From Candidatus Zhuqueibacterota bacterium (lineage in GTDB: Bacteria > Zhuqueibacterota > Zhuqueibacteria > Thermofontimicrobiales > Thermofontimicrobiaceae): 64,000 nt of DNA. Both the position numbers and the translations under genes were made by a program. Of this stretch, positions 63,661 through 64,000 are shown piece after piece. Every line of letters starts with the position of its first letter. Position 1 is the first letter of the stretch. The stretch lies in the NCBI GenBank assembly GCA_034506395.1, contig JAPDPQ010000004.1, positions 144,631 to 208,630 on the forward strand, read 5' to 3'. Below the pieces are notes generated by a model that saw only the letters and a list, made by a program, of their open reading frames with translations, searched no databases and was not told the origin of the DNA.

Positions 63661-64000
63661 ATGTCCGTTCCTGCATATCGAAGAGCCATGCCGCAACGCT
63701 ATCGTTATGAAGCTGGCAAATGCAAAAGCTGTGGCAAAATCTTTTTCCCGCCTCGATTGATCTGTGATGCCTGCAAATCACGGGAATTCGAAACCATCAC
63801 GCTGAATCGGGAGGGTGTTGTCAAGACTTATACTGTGATCCATGTGGCGCCCAGCCAGTTTGTGGATCAGGCGCCGTACGCCATCGGTGTGGTGGAACTA
63901 AAGGATGGCGTCAGCTTATTGACGCAAATTGTCGATTGTGAATTTGAAGATTTGAAAATAGGCATGCCTGTCCGATTGGAATTTCGGAAGATTTCTGAGG
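63661..64000 (+). CDS. DUF35 zinc-ribbon/OB-fold protein (scaffold partner of the thiolase/HMGCS complex), 3'-partial
   Basis: CKSCGKIFFPPRLICDACKS zinc ribbon followed by the start of an OB fold; runs off the window end. Confidence 0.7.
   Translation, partial: MSVPAYRRAMPQRYRYEAGKCKSCGKIFFPPRLICDACKSREFETITLNREGVVKTYTVIHVAPSQFVDQAPYAIGVVELKDGVSLLTQIVDCEFEDLKIGMPVRLEFRKISE

Overview
This window is a protein-coding stretch of an anaerobic, peptide/amino-acid-fermenting bacterium with about 50% GC. A type IX secretion (T9SS) C-terminal sorting domain on one giant protein places it in the FCB group, probably a candidate phylum rather than classical Bacteroidia. Promoters look sigma70-like (TTGACT-17-TATATT), not the Bacteroidia TTTG type.

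Gene content:
- Secreted and periplasmic peptidases: M16, S9, M20, two M24, a Tat-exported amidase and an S1-like serine protease.
- A 1391-aa T9SS cargo protein built from five malectin plus BACON-like carbohydrate-binding modules.
- Fermentation and central metabolism: EutE-like acetylating aldehyde dehydrogenase, glutamine synthetase, formiminotransferase-cyclodeaminase, a 2-oxoacid:ferredoxin oxidoreductase operon, malate dehydrogenase and PurE.
- The rpmA-rplU-rng locus with its linked radical-SAM gene.
- A methylmalonyl-CoA block: split methylmalonyl-CoA mutase, carboxyltransferase, biotin carboxylase and a biotin carrier protein, interrupted by an MNT/HepT toxin-antitoxin pair.
- An archaeal-type HMG-CoA synthase, thiolase and DUF35 trio.
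- RNA genes: tRNA-Val, tRNA-Asp and a probable selenocysteine tRNA (selC).

The most unusual signals are noncoding:
- Two arrays of 12-13 tandem heptamers with a CAGT core, both immediately 3' of a stop codon and in the same orientation relative to transcription.
- A (NNRCAAC)x10 array in the 5'UTR of the mutase small subunit.
- An approximately 80% identical fragment of the mutase gene about 290 bp upstream of the real gene.
- Several operator-like repeat clusters upstream of the acyl-CoA genes.
- Two noncoding regions of about 1 kb each.

I found no CRISPR array, no rRNA and no obvious mobile element.
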